NCBI GenBank assembly: GCA_965637545.1 | Contig: OZ281495.1 | Coordinates: forward strand, 7,316,001 to 7,380,000 | Direction of reading: 5' to 3' | Source: Phallusia mammillata | Taxonomy: Eukaryota | Length of the DNA stretch: 64,000 nucleotides | Part shown: piece by piece, positions 48,086 through 63,186 of the stretch | Numbering within the stretch: the stretch's first letter is position 1 | Layout of the letters: the number at the start of each line of letters is the position of its first letter | The notes under the pieces: model-generated | The model's database searches: none | Told to the model about the DNA's origin: nothing | What the model saw: only the letters and a program-made list of their open reading frames with translations | Position numbers and translations under genes: made by a program

Positions 48086-51000
48086 CTACATACAAGAATA
48101 AAGAAAAGTATGTCTACGTGAATGAATTTATTGGCGACTCGCCCGATTTTTGCTTAATGAATAGATTGTAAAACTATTTTGCGCCGGGTGCACATTTTTA
48201 AATGCTTGACTTGCATAGTAACTTATACTAAATATATTCAGAATTAAAACTAAGCAATTAGATACTTTGTTTAATTTTAAGACAAAACGTTTTTACCAAC
48301 CTGATTTTACAAACAGAAAGGCAAGGCAAATAATTTCCGCAAGCTTTGTCATATTTATCACAAAATACCTGCAAATTACCATAAATAGGTCATAAATAAA
48401 CGGACAAAAAAACAACAATATTCAAGTCTTTTCGACGGAAAGAGCGTTTTGGATTTATCTTTTATAAATAAATTTACGATCTTAATATTTTTTTAAATTT
48501 CGTGAAAAATATTTTACTTTAACTGAACTTGTGACAAAACCAATCAAATAATACGAACTAAAGTATCTTGTAACAAAACTGTGTCTATACACACTTATGT
48601 AGCAAGCATGACACTACGAAAAACAATTCCTAACATACAGTTCACTAAAACTTTGGCAAAACACTGCACACCAGTCAAAACGTAAGAGATAAAAATATAC
48701 TTCGAACGCCAGATAAAAATATACTCATATATTTAATGCACAACGTTTCTACCTTAATTAACATCTATGCATCGTGCAGCACACAATAGCAGTAAGTTAC
48801 AAAACGAACGTTACTTAGAAGATCACCTGAGAGTGATGACGTCAACATCCGGGTAACCTCCATTCCACGGGTCACCGATGATTTTTCGTGTGTTGACTCA
48901 GCGTTGCGCAGGACTTCTTAGTTCACCATGTATGACTCGCAACACGTTGGCCACTGGCCTCAAACCAACTTTGTGATGAAATTGCGCTTTTTTGATATGT
49001 GTAATCGTTTTACACTTGATGGTAGGGTGTTGCTAAGTGGGTTCAAGTGGGTTCAAATCGATAAAGTCATATTGAATCAACAGCGTAAACCGACACTACC
49101 TACGATAGACTGTTTTACTTTGTGATGTGTTTTCAAAACTGCAAAATTCTACAAGAGTTATGCGTTGACTATAAAATATATATCGCACATGTAGGCTACT
49201 ATGGCATTGACAGACCGAGTTATGTTTAGCATTGAAATTTAATGATCCCCAAAAATCAATCTCAAAATTAAGGAAACCATCGTTTGTCATCCAACCACAC
49301 AGTTACCCTATATGTGTTTTTAATATATATTTTCACCAACAAACAACAGTTTCTGCCAAAATATTTGCGAGGGTAATAGATCCAAACGCAGATAAAGTTA
49401 ACTAATTTTAAAACTTAAAGCCTAAGTAGGAAAACTGTGTTGGATGTACAATGGGCATTTGGTCTTTCTGAACCCATTATATTTACCATTGCAAAATCTG
49501 TTGTGCTACTTCGTCATCAACTCTTAAAAAGGGTTAATGAGATGAGCTTTGTCGAAGAGATTGGAATATATTTTTGCACACTTGAAAAAATAACAATTGA
49601 AAATACTTCTGCGTCTTGAAAAATAAATCTACAAATACCAATGAAATGCATGTAATGGAGGGTCCCTCAGGTTCGATAGAATCAACATACGATTGCACAT
49701 TGCACGACTAGGGGTGAAGAACAAAGTTACGCAGAAAGTTACCACATTTTCAGGAAACACTGCAAGCAACAAAACCCACGTTCAGACAGTCGTTTCTCGA
49801 TAATTTAACTACTCGTTCAAACTGGATGACAAATTACCAAGATGCTCTATTTCAGTAGGTGCATACACAAAAGTATGTGATTGCGCTAAAAATTAATGCT
49901 TCAATTATAAGTATATGTGTGGTTTATAATAGAGTTAGCTGTTACAAAACAATTAAGCCCACCATAATACAATCAGTATGTCTCATTAGCTGCGAAATTG
50001 ATGTTCTGTCATTGAGTTGACTTATGCATCGCAGCATCCCTGATATTTTTTACCATCAGATCTTTTAAGTGAGCACTTACATTCCGAAGTATCGTGTTAC
50101 AAACCTGTCATTAACGTTTAAAGAATAATTTTCCATCCATCATACAACACTTCAAGTCTATGAAGTGCGTGTGACGTTGTGTAAAAAGAAACTATGGTGG
50201 ATTTTATTATTATTAGTTCAGTGGCTTTTTTGGAAATTATACGTCCCATGCAGGCCGATAGAGATTTTAATTAATCTCTGTGCTTAAATGCAACGATGAC
50301 ATCATTGCAAGTCGCAATCCTGCATTTAGTGACACTCCTGCCAACCATACACGGCACTGAGCCAATCACAAGCCTGCAGTTTTTAACCAATCAGCGACGA
50401 GAACGAACTCACGCCTACAATTTTCACGTCACTGAAAATAGCGTAATTTTGTATGTGACATTTTTGAATGCGTCCTGCGTTTTTTGTGGAAAGTGTCATT
50501 CCTACTATTTTTAAATAGTTATGATACATTTTTTCCATCAGGGTTGGGGCACAAACAAGTACGTACAACCATCATATTTGGTCAATTACTCTTCGCTTTT
50601 GTGTATTTGGTTTCTTGGTGAAATAATGCATATAAGTTGATCTAAATCCTCTTTGATAATAATATTTCTGGCAAAAAATACACGCACAGGTATATTTATC
50701 TGTGCTGTATGTAAGTCAGTGTGCTTTGCCAAAACCAGTGCTAATATACGAGATCAAGAAAACGCGTTCTGCTTTCAAACTATTCTTTAAGTTGCTGTGC
50801 AATCAAAGTCGAACATTTTGAAATCAGCACTCTTGTAATGACTGTGTTCGATCCTAACAAAAGTACCATGAAATAAGTTTTGTGCAGCATCACATGTTGT
50901 ATAACAGTGTATTAAATATTTATGAGCGTCCGGAAATAAAAGAAAAAAAGTATTTTTGCAACAGCTTACGTGTGGTTTGGTGCACTCATAACATACGTAA

Positions 51001-53746
51001 TGATTGCGTGCTTCTTGCTACAAATCCAACAAAATCGTATTTGGTCTTTTTTTAAACGAAACGTTAAGATAAATTAAAAAATGTTTAAAGCAGCAATGAC
51101 GATGCAACATTGCAAATTCGGTGAATTCCCAAGGAGTCACGATCAAATTTACAACAGAAATGCAATTCATGCCACGAAGGTATTTCAATTCAAGACCGTA
51201 ATTACGCGTATATCACCTGCGGCTAAAGGCAAAGGCATTTAAGCGTCAGTCAACGTAAGCTTACGACGTTACATCACAAGTGTGGCAGACTTGTGGTTTG
51301 AGATTCAACGTCATAATATAACAGATGGTAAAAGAAAGGCACTGTAGAGAGGTAGACAAATCTTGTATTTTGTAAGCATTGGGGGTATAAATACAATATT
51401 AAAAATGTTGCATACTGTAACTTGAAAGTGACAAGTTTTGTTTTAAATTTCATATTGATTTGAGTGTATTTCGCCGGTGACACAAATCGTAGCAGCACAA
51501 ATGGGCGAAAATATTCACCAAGCCGGAAATAGCTGCGCAACTTTGGACGTTATAAAGCGCGACACTAGGTAAGGGCACAATTGGTGGAAAGATGATAAAC
51601 GCGCTGCAACTACACCGTTCCTAAAAGCGTTATGTGGCAGGAGGAAGAGGTTGGCGCATTGGGACATTAAGACTGGGGAGGCAACGTTGGTGGAACCAGT
51701 CAGGTTGGACCCAAAAACTAACCACCCGTGTTAGATAAAGAGGGTGGGGTTCAACAGGAAAAGGAATCACCAAAAGAAACCCTGTTGGATAGTTTCCGGT
51801 GCCATAAGAAAGGGCGCAACACAAACATAGTGACGATAGTTGTAAAACATCGTGTACTATCCGTTCAAGTTGGTTTGGCTGTGGTTATGTTTACAGGGAC
51901 GTTTATCTAAAATGGAAAGACAAACCCAAACACGATTGAATAAAGCACTTACTAAAAAGTACTGTCGCTTTAGTATAATACTTCCTTGTTCTGTTACTTA
52001 ATGCGAGTAAAGTCCATAGCTGTAGGCAATTTATTACATTGTCATCGACTTCCACACCGTGACTTGCATATTTACACAACAAACTTCTAGTGTCTTCGTA
52101 TCAACACCACATGGAAGCCAATTCTCTTTAAAAGCCGAACTCCATTCAAGTGAATTCCAGAAGCTATTAATTGGTGCTTGTGTCATTTACACAGCGCCCC
52201 TTAGGTGGTGAACAATAGCGCGCGAGACTGCTGAGTAACGTTACATCACGCGCCCGTTCTGCCGCGTAACGATGACACAGCAAATTTGCGTCGCAATACA
52301 TTTGCGCGAACTCGTAAGTCGCCAGTATCCTGTTGAACGCAGCAATTGAGAACAGGTAGACCGGCTGTAGTGCTTGTATAGGCGACGTGCTATACGCTGA
52401 GGAGTTGTTGCATCATGTCAACTAAAGGCATCAATGCTTATGAAAACATTTACGTTCATGGTTAAATGAACATGTATACACTGCGCGAGTCCGGTTAGGT
52501 TTAATTGCAGAATTCATACAGAGCTTAAAGTATCGGTTTTTGTATTGTGTCCAGCTAGTCTGACGCATTATTATGCATACATAGTCAGTGTAGTGAAATA
52601 TAGCGGTATATTTTTTTAATTATAGGTCAATATTACAATAGCTGTGAATCTGTGATTGTAGGAAGGAATTGCAATTGTTACCACGATCAGAAATAGTACA
52701 GGCTGGAACCCTATTAGCTAATAGATTGTATGTGATTTCAATTTTTGTAAGAGTTTTGGAAGTTTGGCAGTAATAGCCATGAGACGGTACTCAGATTTGT
52801 AAGCCGGTCCATACGAAAAATAAAACTTGACTTGGGCGTGACTTTGCACTCAACATTTATTGTGCCGCAATTTCATCAACTTTTAGACCTAATCCGTGTT
52901 CGTTTTACAAAAAACAATGTGTTTGCACTCCATTTTCAGGCCCATTTACAACTCTGCTCTTAACACAGCTAAACAGTTATGTTATGGCACGAGTAGTTAA
53001 AAAAGTAAAGTGGTCATTGTACGGATTCCAACATTTGTTTAGTTTGCGATCCTAACAAATTTAGGGGGCTCCTAAAGCAAATCCGGGAAGACGCTTCCCT
53101 CTTTGTGTTCACATAAAAGGCATTGAGTGTGATGATAGACAAATAACATTGAGGGTTGGGCCTTTAACGTGCTTTAAATGCTATTGAAACTTCAAAATCG
53201 ATTTGTATTGAGGATAGAAGCGAATAAATACAGATCCTGCGTGCCCTGTTTCATCGATAAAAACCCATACTTAGAAATACTTTTGATCAAAACACAACCG
53301 CCAAAAGGCTTGTATACATGCAAGCATTTCACTAAATGCCTTGTTTAAGTTAAGTATTGTTCAATTTGCGACTTGAAACGTCTTTGTCCGATAGCGATTA
53401 AATCGTTTGAACTAGTACAGACAAGTATGCCTTGTAATTGATACTTTGTCTCTCGAAGACAACAAATGCCAAAACGATTCATTCAGACGCTGTCGGGCCG
53501 GTTGGTCGCGGTTTGTAGTAGTAAGTCGCTGAGCCTTCAGGCAAAGCGCAATCGGATGATGCAATGTGACGTCGCCGAAAGAAGTGCCACATATACAAGT
53601 CGATTGTTTCCTATTTGTAGACACCGGCATCACTTGCTGTGTAGCTGTTATAGGAAACTGTTAGTTGCTATTTTGGTGCTGCTGTTTGATCATCAATTGG
53701 TGCTTCGAAGTTTAAAGGATTTTAAAAGGATTTGTTACTGTGCAGT

Positions 53747-56700
53747 ATGGGAAGCATCGAAGCGGAACGGCCGATTGTAAGGTGTGTGGTGACAGTCCTA
53801 AGGCGATCTTACTGTATATTTTTATTTTGTCCTGCGGGAGCTTTCTAATTCCCAAGTAATGAAGAGCGGTTATATGTGATAAAGTACTGTACTGAAAGTA
53901 TAATTTTCACAGTTTAAGAGCTTGTTTAGTGCTACAAGCATTCAATACAAGTGAAAATGGCAAACATATGTTTCAAGCAGATATGTTAACCAACAATATG
54001 ATACTAAACCTGCATAGTGTCAAAAGTCAGTCTAACTTGCTTTAACGGTGGCTTATACCACAAACAGCCCTTAAGCCACTGTACAGCTATTTAATTTTCA
54101 TCACCATAAGTTATACTTTGCCCTCAGGTTGCTTGAAAGGCATTCCAACATTTTAAACAAATTATAAGCGAGATTTTGTCCCATGGTATTTAAATACCCT
54201 CTTCACGTTGACCATATGTACGCACACAGTTAAGTTACATGAGGCAATTTTAAATCATTTTCAAAGAGCTGTATTAGTATTCGACTGTAGCTAGTGCAAA
54301 AAAGCGGTTAGTTTATTACTGCTGACAAGGAATTCATTGAGATGAAAAACGATACGCACGAGTGATTCTGTCGGGGGGGGCGTGGTAATCGTTGAACCTT
54401 GTTAAGCAAGCATGCAACGGGATATCTCTTCATAGTAAAACACAAACGTGGCAACACTACTACCAACTAATCAACCATATGTTATGACTGTGGTAACCAC
54501 ATGTATATTAATCTTAACAACGTTATTAGTTAACAGTATTCTTATTCTTATGTAACAGCCAACAACCTTTTGGCAAAACGGAAATTTGACTCAGTTATTA
54601 GAGCCAGAACAATGGACTCTACTGCAATAGCATTTTTTTAAAATAATCTGTAAACCATAATGTGTTATCAGTATTAAGTCTCAGACATTTTAGTTAACTT
54701 TTTAACAAAAGCCAATTGATTTTGAAGTGCAGTAAGAAGAAACTCTTGAAAAAAAACTGCAACGTTTTCAAACAATTTGTAATACAAATCCAGTGCCTGT
54801 TTTGTTTTTTAGACTTTTGAACGCTTAAATACGTAAATGGTGACGTTTTTGTGGTCGCTGACTCATAAGTAGAATTCACCGTATTCATTCCTTAAGTGAA
54901 CTCAAGAGACTAACAATTACCACGAATCTTTTGTTTGTTGCACAGAAAGCCAGCGAAAGAAGATGAGCTTACGGTCACCGACTCAAGTAAGTTGATTTTT
55001 AGTGTACTAGCAAATCACTCATCTTCGCTTCTTAAAACACACGTTTTGCGTTTAAATGTAAAACACAAACGCAGCTACAAGTAACGATTTGTGACAAAAT
55101 AGGACAAAAGCATTGCCCTGACACATGTATGACCTTAACCCAACGAACAATATGGTTTAAAATGTCAATTGTTTGCGAATAGCATTTCGTTTCATGCATG
55201 GATTTGCCACATCAAATTTAACACAACGGCTTGAGACGTGACTTGCCACGTGTAAAGCTTATGGTTACTGAAGCGATGAAATACGTTTTGCTAACAAACT
55301 GTTGCTAGCATTCGGTATGGTGTATATAGTTATTGTAAGTCATGCTCTTTTAAGTTAGTTGAAGTTTTTTGCACGCACTTAACGTTTAATAAACAAACAA
55401 ATGTCAGTTTGCCTGCATGAAAAATAACTTTATACCTATTCGAAACAAATTTTGCGTTAATGTATTGTTTTAGTCATAAAGCGATTCGAAACGAGTTAAG
55501 TTAGTTTTGCAGTAAGCGTTGCATGAGATTAAGCCATTTCCGACCTAAAACATTCCAGTACTGGTTAACGAAACACACGGACCTTACTGTTCATGCAACT
55601 TCACAGAAAACAAAGGACACTATTCATTTTACGCAGCAATAACCCGAATTCACCACATTTACTGTGAGGTACAGGAAATGAACGAACATTCATAACATTG
55701 TTTTGCTGATGCAAGCTTCGAATTATGCTAAATGATGTTTTCCATTGTCCTTTTTCATTTCTGGTCTTACTTATAAGGATTTTTTAGTACACTTTTAAAC
55801 TGTTAAGTGATAACATTCACAAGACGTATCATTTTCCTGCTAATTCCTTGTTTTGCTTTAAGGTGTTGCGGAACGAGTTTTAAATATTTAATATAAAATA
55901 TATATATTTCATCTTCACAAGTCCAGTTTTCCCAAATCAATTTATGATTTTGTTTTCAGGCAAAAGTCTTAGACTTCGGCGTGAGGTAAGCTTGGTCGGA
56001 GGGGTCAGTTTGATCGTTGGAACAATGATAGGATCAGGGATTTTCGTGTCACCGAAAGGAGTTATGCGGAACGCTGGAGACGTTGGTACCGGATTATTGG
56101 TAAGTGCTAGTTACCTTTTCTTTTGAGGGTAACACGGTCCAAGCAATAGCTGTAAGGGTTAGAGGTTTTAATGGGGTGTGCTTTCGAGATTGTAAGCGTG
56201 TTGTTGTTTGACAACTACTATTGTACTACTAGTTTTTTTTGATTATTTTATATTTATATTGGCGGTTTTATGGTTGTTAGAAGTAATGACCACCTTAGGC
56301 CTGAGAACATATGTCTGATCTCTGATTGTTAATCACACTAGAAAAAAAATACTTGCAAATGTTGACAAGTTTTTACGATTTCGACACTATAATTTTTAAG
56401 GTTGCTGCACCTGATTTATGTAACAATATTTGTTGTTTGCATGTCTGACTCTCAAAATACCGATACTGGTAAAACGTACACAAAACAATTTAAACCATTT
56501 AGAATTAGCATCAGTTTATGATTGTAACAAATTGTTTTGTAGATTTGGTTTGGCTGTGGTATCCTCGCTACGTTTGGGGCTCTTTCCTATGCGGAAGTGG
56601 GTACAATGATCCCCAAATCAGGAGGGGAATTTCCAGTTTTGCTTGAAGCTTTTGGTCCCATTCCAGCTTATATGTTTGCGTGGACATCAGTGGTCGTTCT

Positions 56701-59700
56701 GAAGCCTTCCGCCTTGGCTTTACTCTCATTGACCTTCGCAAAGTACGCGCTCGCCCCCGCTCAAGTGGGTAAGTGAAACTCTTTGTGGTGAACTAACAGG
56801 CAATTTGGGTAATTCCACTTTACCACTAAACCCAAAAAACGTTATCTTGACTCACTTGAATTTATTGAGAATTGTGGTGTTGTAAACATCGCCCTCGTAA
56901 GTCTAATTTGTGAAGACAAAGAGGTTGTTTACACGAGTTAAAAACGCCCCATCTTTGAAAGGAGTGGTAACCACAATTGCATCCAAGACCTGTATGTTAT
57001 GAACACATCAATGACAAAAGACAATTAACATAAGGTACATTGTAATCTACATCATCTGAATAGAATATCTTACACAAATTTTATTCTTTGGCCATGAACA
57101 CGAGCTTCTAATTAAACATTAAGATTTGTAATCAAAGTTTGAAGCTAAAATATAAAAACAAACTAAAAAAACTAGCTGTAACACTAAAACATTTTCCATG
57201 CTATCTAAGGGCTCGCTCCGATATACAACATGGTTCGTAACCGCACTCGTTTAATATATTTTCCCAATATGCAAAGCAACAGAGGAATACTGTTTGCACA
57301 TGTATGTAAATTTGATGTCCAACCCTCGCTTTATGTTTTGCTAGTGTTCCATTATTCCCCAGTTAAATAAGACGCGGTTGATTTTTGTAAAATACTGGAT
57401 TTCGTCTCGTTCCAGCTGACTGCGGTGACGAATCAACCCTTGCCGTGAAACTCACGGCGCTCGTCGTGATCATGACCGTGGTGTTCGTGAACTGCGCAAG
57501 TGTGAAACTCTCAACACAATTTCTCACCATCTTCAGTATGGGGAAAATTCTCAGTCTTTGCATTATAATTATAGCCGGAATTGTAATGCTCGCTAAAGGT
57601 AATAGTTTACGATTTTATTACGATTGTGAAGTTTTAAGTTCACCATTTTGTAATAGGTAACAGACTTTTCAATAATTTACATCTGTAGCTTTTATTGCAT
57701 TGTTAACGCTCAGGTTTAGGGGCAACGTAATTAGTGCTTGGGTTATAATATGTTTACAACGGTTCACACGCTTTTAAATATGTTGTAAGTTTATCAATCA
57801 TTACTGTGTTCGTTTATTACCTTTTACAAACAATTATTTCGCCCACAAAAATTACTTTACAAGTTTGTCCCAATAATAACATGATTGGTGTTGTTAGTTA
57901 AGGCGGCAGTATCATTTATCACCTTCAAGGTAAAGAATCAAAGCTCTGTAACATATTACTGATAGGGGGCAGCCGCTCCACGGTTACCGGGGGGTACGAA
58001 CTATAAAAGATTGAGAGCCACTAAACGATACGTTGCAAGTAAAGATGCGAAGAGCGATTTGTTTGACTGATTGTTTATTGAAAAATGCCATTCTTCTCCC
58101 ACGCAATCTTCTTATGCGTGGCCGGACATAAAAATTCACTCCCTGAGGCTGGTAAATTTCGCGGTTCTTTCCAATTTAATCATTCACCGATAAATTTAAT
58201 TAAACGACTGACCAAGGTACGCAAATTGAATTGTTCAGGTGTTGTAAATTTGTACGAAACAGAAAACAACATCTTTGTCTAATTATAATTTTCTCTGTAC
58301 GCATAAATGTACGAAGCAAACGAAAGTTTTATGTCATACACTGAAAGGTCCATAACAAAACAAATGGACACTTTTCGAATAGAAAGATATTGTTTCTGGT
58401 GATTTGGGTTTAAATCAACAGGTAATAAGCTTAGGGTAAAGATCCTATTCCCCATTCTGTATAATTTCTGTCGAAAAAAACTATTGTAAAGATGCTGGGA
58501 AAACTATTGTACACAACTGAACCAGTTCACAACGTCAGTGACTTCAAAAACAAGTCTTATATTATACTTGTACTATGTGTTTTCGTAAACAAAACATCGT
58601 TGGAATGGTAGAAGTGATGGCTGAACCTCAAACCGGATAACTTTATCCACAAACCGGATATACCTGTTACGTTAGTGAACTTTACTCAAGATTGCCTTGG
58701 GGTGATAGCAACTACAAAGATCCGCGTTACTCAAACCACAATACTCCATATTGAATCTGAAATACTCATATATTTTCGTTTTAACCTACAGGTCACACGG
58801 AACATTTTCAAGCAGCGTTTACAGGAGAACCACCCGGTGTAAGAGAAGTGGCTCTGGCGTTCTACCAGGGCCTGTGGGCGTTTGACGGGTGGAATCAACT
58901 GAATTATGTTATTGAAGAACTCAAGGTAGGCTCTCGACTGCCATCTAGCGACAACACATTTTGTTTGTAGACTTTACAAAAACTACACCTCAAAAAAAAT
59001 ACAATCCACGAGCTACGTAATTAAAGGCAATGATTTTTTTCATAGAAACTGACAATAATTGATAAATTTTACACATAACAGAATAACGCTTGTAATGTAA
59101 CTACAACACTATTGCAAATATTTTGAGGTTATAGTTAAATTTACTCTTTTCATGTTTTCTAGAATCCTTTTGTAAATCTTCCACGTGCAATCGTAATAGC
59201 AATGCTGCTTGTGACCGGTCTCTACATGTTAACCAACGTTGCCTACCTCAGTGCTATGTCTCTAACCGAGCTCTTGGAATCACCAGCTGTCGGGGCGGTA
59301 AGCAAAATGTTAACGTCTAGTTTCGGCTTTCAAACTTTAACAAAAATCCTAAAGAGATCTGTTTCCGAGAAGCACCAATCTAAAATTTCAAATTTTGAAG
59401 TGTTTTGACGGTTACTTTTATTTCTGCAAACTTTGTTTTTAATAGAAACATTTTGACTTTAACGTCATTGTTAAAGTTTGGTCTTTGCTTCGTATATGCA
59501 TTACTTATAATAAGGTGATGAATCTGCTTCACGGTTCTGCTTACTGTGCTGTAAAATATTTCATGACGTATTGACGTTTTATATCTTGGCTTGCAGACTT
59601 TCGGCGATCGAGTTCTTGGGGTCATGGTGTGGGTGATCCCTGTTGCTGTTACTTGGTCGGTTTTCGGCACTTGCCTTGGTTCCTGTTTCACAGCTGGTAG

Positions 59701-61089
59701 GATTTCATACGTGGCTGCCAGAGAGGGACAGTTCAGCCAAGTACTCGCCATGCTGCATGTTAAGCGATCGACCCCAGCACCAGCAGTTATATTGAATGTA
59801 AGTAAATATAACTTTTTAGATTCAAGCACTTGACTGCTCTATTACTCTGGTTTAAACATCTTTGAGACATTGGGGTTTGTAGGATGATGTAAAGCTGGCA
59901 ATCGGTCAAGTCGTTGTGCTGACAATTTCTGATATTCTGGACGTTTGTTTTGGACGTTTAATTTCTTCGGCATCGGGTTCCCATTACAATTCAAAACTAC
60001 TAACAGTATACCAAACTTTAATCACCATTTTAAATTTATTTTGTTGGGTTGTTTGAACCAATGGTTGATTTTGCGCAGGGAGTTTTCGCTTCTTTGATGG
60101 TAATTCCAAATGACTTCGATACACTGCTAGACTACTTCAGCTTTTCAATGTGGACATTCCATGGCATGACCTGTGCTGCCTTGCTGTACTTCAGATGGAA
60201 GAGGCCTAACCAGCCTCGACCAGTCAAGGTAGATAACATAGCAGAGTCCTGCTCGATTTTGTGTTGATTCTTACATTTTGAGGCACAGAATTTTGTGAAA
60301 CCAGTTTGTTTTAGGATCATTTGCACACCATAACAGTTTTAGGATCATTTGCACATCTTTTGCGTGCTATAGAAGCATCTAATAGCACAATGCATTGTGT
60401 TTTTTTTGGTATAAAAGAAACCAACTATACACTGGCCCTCTTGAAAATTGCTTGATTTCTATACGTGTTATTTTAGGTTCCCATTATAATTCCTATTCTG
60501 GTTTGCATCGCGGCTGTCTGCCTTGTCCTTGCACCGATCATCGACCAACCAGAAATACAATATCTCTTTGCACTTCTTTTTATTCTTTCCGGGTTCGCAT
60601 TCTACCTCCCGTTCGTGCACATGAAAATTCAGAGTCCCGCTATCGGTGAGTTTCTCTTGTTTTCTCCTAGACTGCTACGTGGCACATTTAGAATTCAAAA
60701 GATTTTGCAAAGGCAACGCTGTCAAACCTACAGTTGCAAGTCGACTGATGACTCTGGTTAACTTTGTCAGAAGCACAACACTTAAACTTAGGTTTTCATG
60801 ACTTGCTTGCTAGACGAACACAATGCTAAAAGGATGTTGTTGTTTTTTTAATTTAAAGTGAAATCAATCTTGATAGTGGCATGAGTAACCTACGAGACTT
60901 GTAACAAGTAAATCGCCTTTGTTTAGGGAATAAAAGTCCAGTATAATTACCACACAAATTGTTTTTAAATATACAAGGTTATTCGAATTTGTATTTTTGT
61001 AACTGCAATATTTATATTCTTTTACAGCGCGCTTCAATCGCTTCCTTCAAAAACTTCTCTACGTTTCGCTTCCAGACGAGGAGGAATGA
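53747..61089 (+). CDS. SLC7 heteromeric amino-acid transporter light chain (b0,+AT/SLC7A9-like), about 491 aa, 11 exons
   Basis: Exons 53747-53781, 54946-54986, 55960-56099, 56543-56768, 57416-57598, 58792-58925, 59163-59297, 59597-59797, 60079-60228, 60477-60645, 61028-61089 (1476 nt, in frame). IVGTMIGSGIFVSPKGV, GALSYAEVGTMIPKSGGE, DCG cysteine, AFDGWNQLN, YVAAREG. The first two exons are tentative. Confidence 0.88.
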
Positions 61090-62976
61090 ATCAACTTAAA
61101 AAACCCATAAATATCACTGTAAGCTTCAGAGTCTGGAGCTACAAAAACACAAAACATGCGTTGCTGAGGTTTTAAAGCTATCAATGAATTTGGCTGCATC
61201 GGGTTAGCGTTGCAATGTGCTGATGCTTGTCGTAAGGGTGCCTCGCAGTGAAGTGGTTTTAGAAGATATTCCATTTTGGCTTCGCTTTGTGTCTTGTTGA
61301 ATTTCCTGGGTCTATTCAAAGTACGCAAAGATGCCGTGTGCTTTGAACCACAATTGTTTGAGATATTTAAAAGGTTTGTTTATATGTCCTCGAAGAAACT
61401 AATTTCGTGATGCTTTGGCGAATTTTTAAGCTTCTTGACAAAATTTCATGCAATTTTCCTTTTCCTACTTTCAATTTTTTTAGTGTTTATCTTTGATTTA
61501 AATGTTAACAAATTGTTGTGTTGATTGGTGGCTAATAGATACACAATGTGTTTTTTTCAGTTCTTCGAACGCACATATTTTGCAAATACATGCACAATCC
61601 ACAAAAATACTACTTTTTACACCTTTTGAACAACAAATTACACACCACACAAGCTAATATCACAATCTCAAGTGGAAGTTTATCGCAGAATCCGTCCAAA
61701 TCAAATTTCTATCATTAACATTTAATTGTGGCTACGCTTTATGCGGTGGCCCGTGGTATGTTTGTTGAGGTGGTATTTTAAACAATTTTCTAGTTGCTTG
61801 TGGTTTACTAAATTAGATGTACTGTTTGTTGTGTCTGAGGCAATAATACATATTTTCTATTTTTCATTTATTCAACTGTGGCTATTCGAGACTCAAGGGC
61901 TAATTTTTTACTAATTGTTATATTAGTGGTAACTAAACGGCGTTGTATTTCAATCACGAGAAGAAGTAATTTAAGAAATTTAAAAGTTTGACATGCAAAT
62001 TTTCGTCGTTTGTTTCTGTATAACGCACTTTAAAGAAATGTAAGAGTTAAAACGGCAGGGAAATAACCAAAAATTCCAAACTACTTCTTATTTTGAATTT
62101 GAAAAAAAAATCAAGTGGAAATTTTGAATTTCGGTGCAGTGCATCTGTTTATTGCTTAGTAGTCTATAGCAAAAAAACTTAACGGTTGCCTGTAAATTTT
62201 GGCTTAATAGTTTTCATTTCACCATTGCTATTTTATCTTGGTTGCTGGTGTTTTTATTTGTTTGTTTTTGTACGTTTATATCTATTTATTGTTTGTGCTG
62301 GACGCTGTTGCTGTTATAACGTGCGTTTAAAACCATAACGTTCACCCGCTTGTAGACTTAAAACTACTGTGCGATTTAACTCCATTTACACAAATAGCAT
62401 TTGTTTCACTTTCCTGCTTTCCAAAGTTGTTTAAATTTGTAAAATAAACATAGATTTTTGAATCGTTTCTGTTTTTGAAAAAAAATGTTCTTTTAAATGT
62501 GAAAAGTTCATTGTTCTCCAACAGAGTTGCCGTCGATCTCGAGAAATTGTAATTATTTTTCTTTCTAAGAATTACACAACTGACTTTAAGACACCCATAA
62601 CAAGTACTTTTGGAAATTTACTTATGTGGAGAAAAAATAATGAACCGTCGCAGCAAAATTGGCCTTTACAACTAACCTACCTGACTAAAAAAGGTAAAAC
62701 AGAAGTAAAGATACAGTTCAAAACTAAGGACAAGTCTTAGAAACAAGGACCATATGCTCACTCTTTTAACAGGAAAGCTAAAATGGGCTTTTTTCGGGTA
62801 CTCTATAATACCTCCTATTTAGCAAACTCTTTCTTCACTCAAGTCTGCGCGAGCTGCAAAATTCGGATTGGAGCAACTGCGCCACAAGTGGCAAAAACTG
62901 AAAATAATTTGTTCACTAGGGGGCAGTCACACCACGCCATTAAAAAGTAAGCAAAAACTTGGCCGAATGGGGCAGG

Positions 62977-63186
62977 AACTTGGCCGAATGGTCTGGCGCG
63001 CCTGACCCATATACAGACATAAAAAAAAACTTGATCGGGATTCGTCCCCGGGAGTGTCCTGGGTTCGAACCTCGTGAAAAAAAAAACTTGGCCGAATGGT
63101 CTGGCGCGCCTGACCCATATACAGACATAAAAACCCTGGTCAGGATTCGTTTCCGAGAGCGTCATGGCTTCGAACCACGTGAAAAA
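62977..63186 (+). repeat. Tandemly duplicated (period about 108 bp) tRNA-derived SINE-like repeat
   Basis: Each unit has an A box (TGGCCGAATGG), a B box (GGTTCGAACC / GCTTCGAACC) and a CCTGAC...GTCAGG stem around a long loop; no acceptor stem. Confidence 0.65.

Noticed and set aside
48100-52300. Candidate extra GPCR N-terminal exons and ORFs at 49096-49290, 50383-50568 and 51630-51910
   Set aside because: No set with consistent splice phases and a recognisable domain could be assembled.
52792-52956. Small CAGATTTGTAA...TTACAACTCTG element
   Set aside because: TIR-like ends but no TSD; too weak to list as a feature.
26205-60360. Short local duplications near 26215, 46320 and 60310 (also 7050)
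   Set aside because: Two-copy 17-25-bp slippage duplications with no further structure.
62977-63186. Functional tRNA genes
   Set aside because: No acceptor-stem pairing, C at position 33, and a deleted dispersed copy; better explained as a tRNA-derived repeat.
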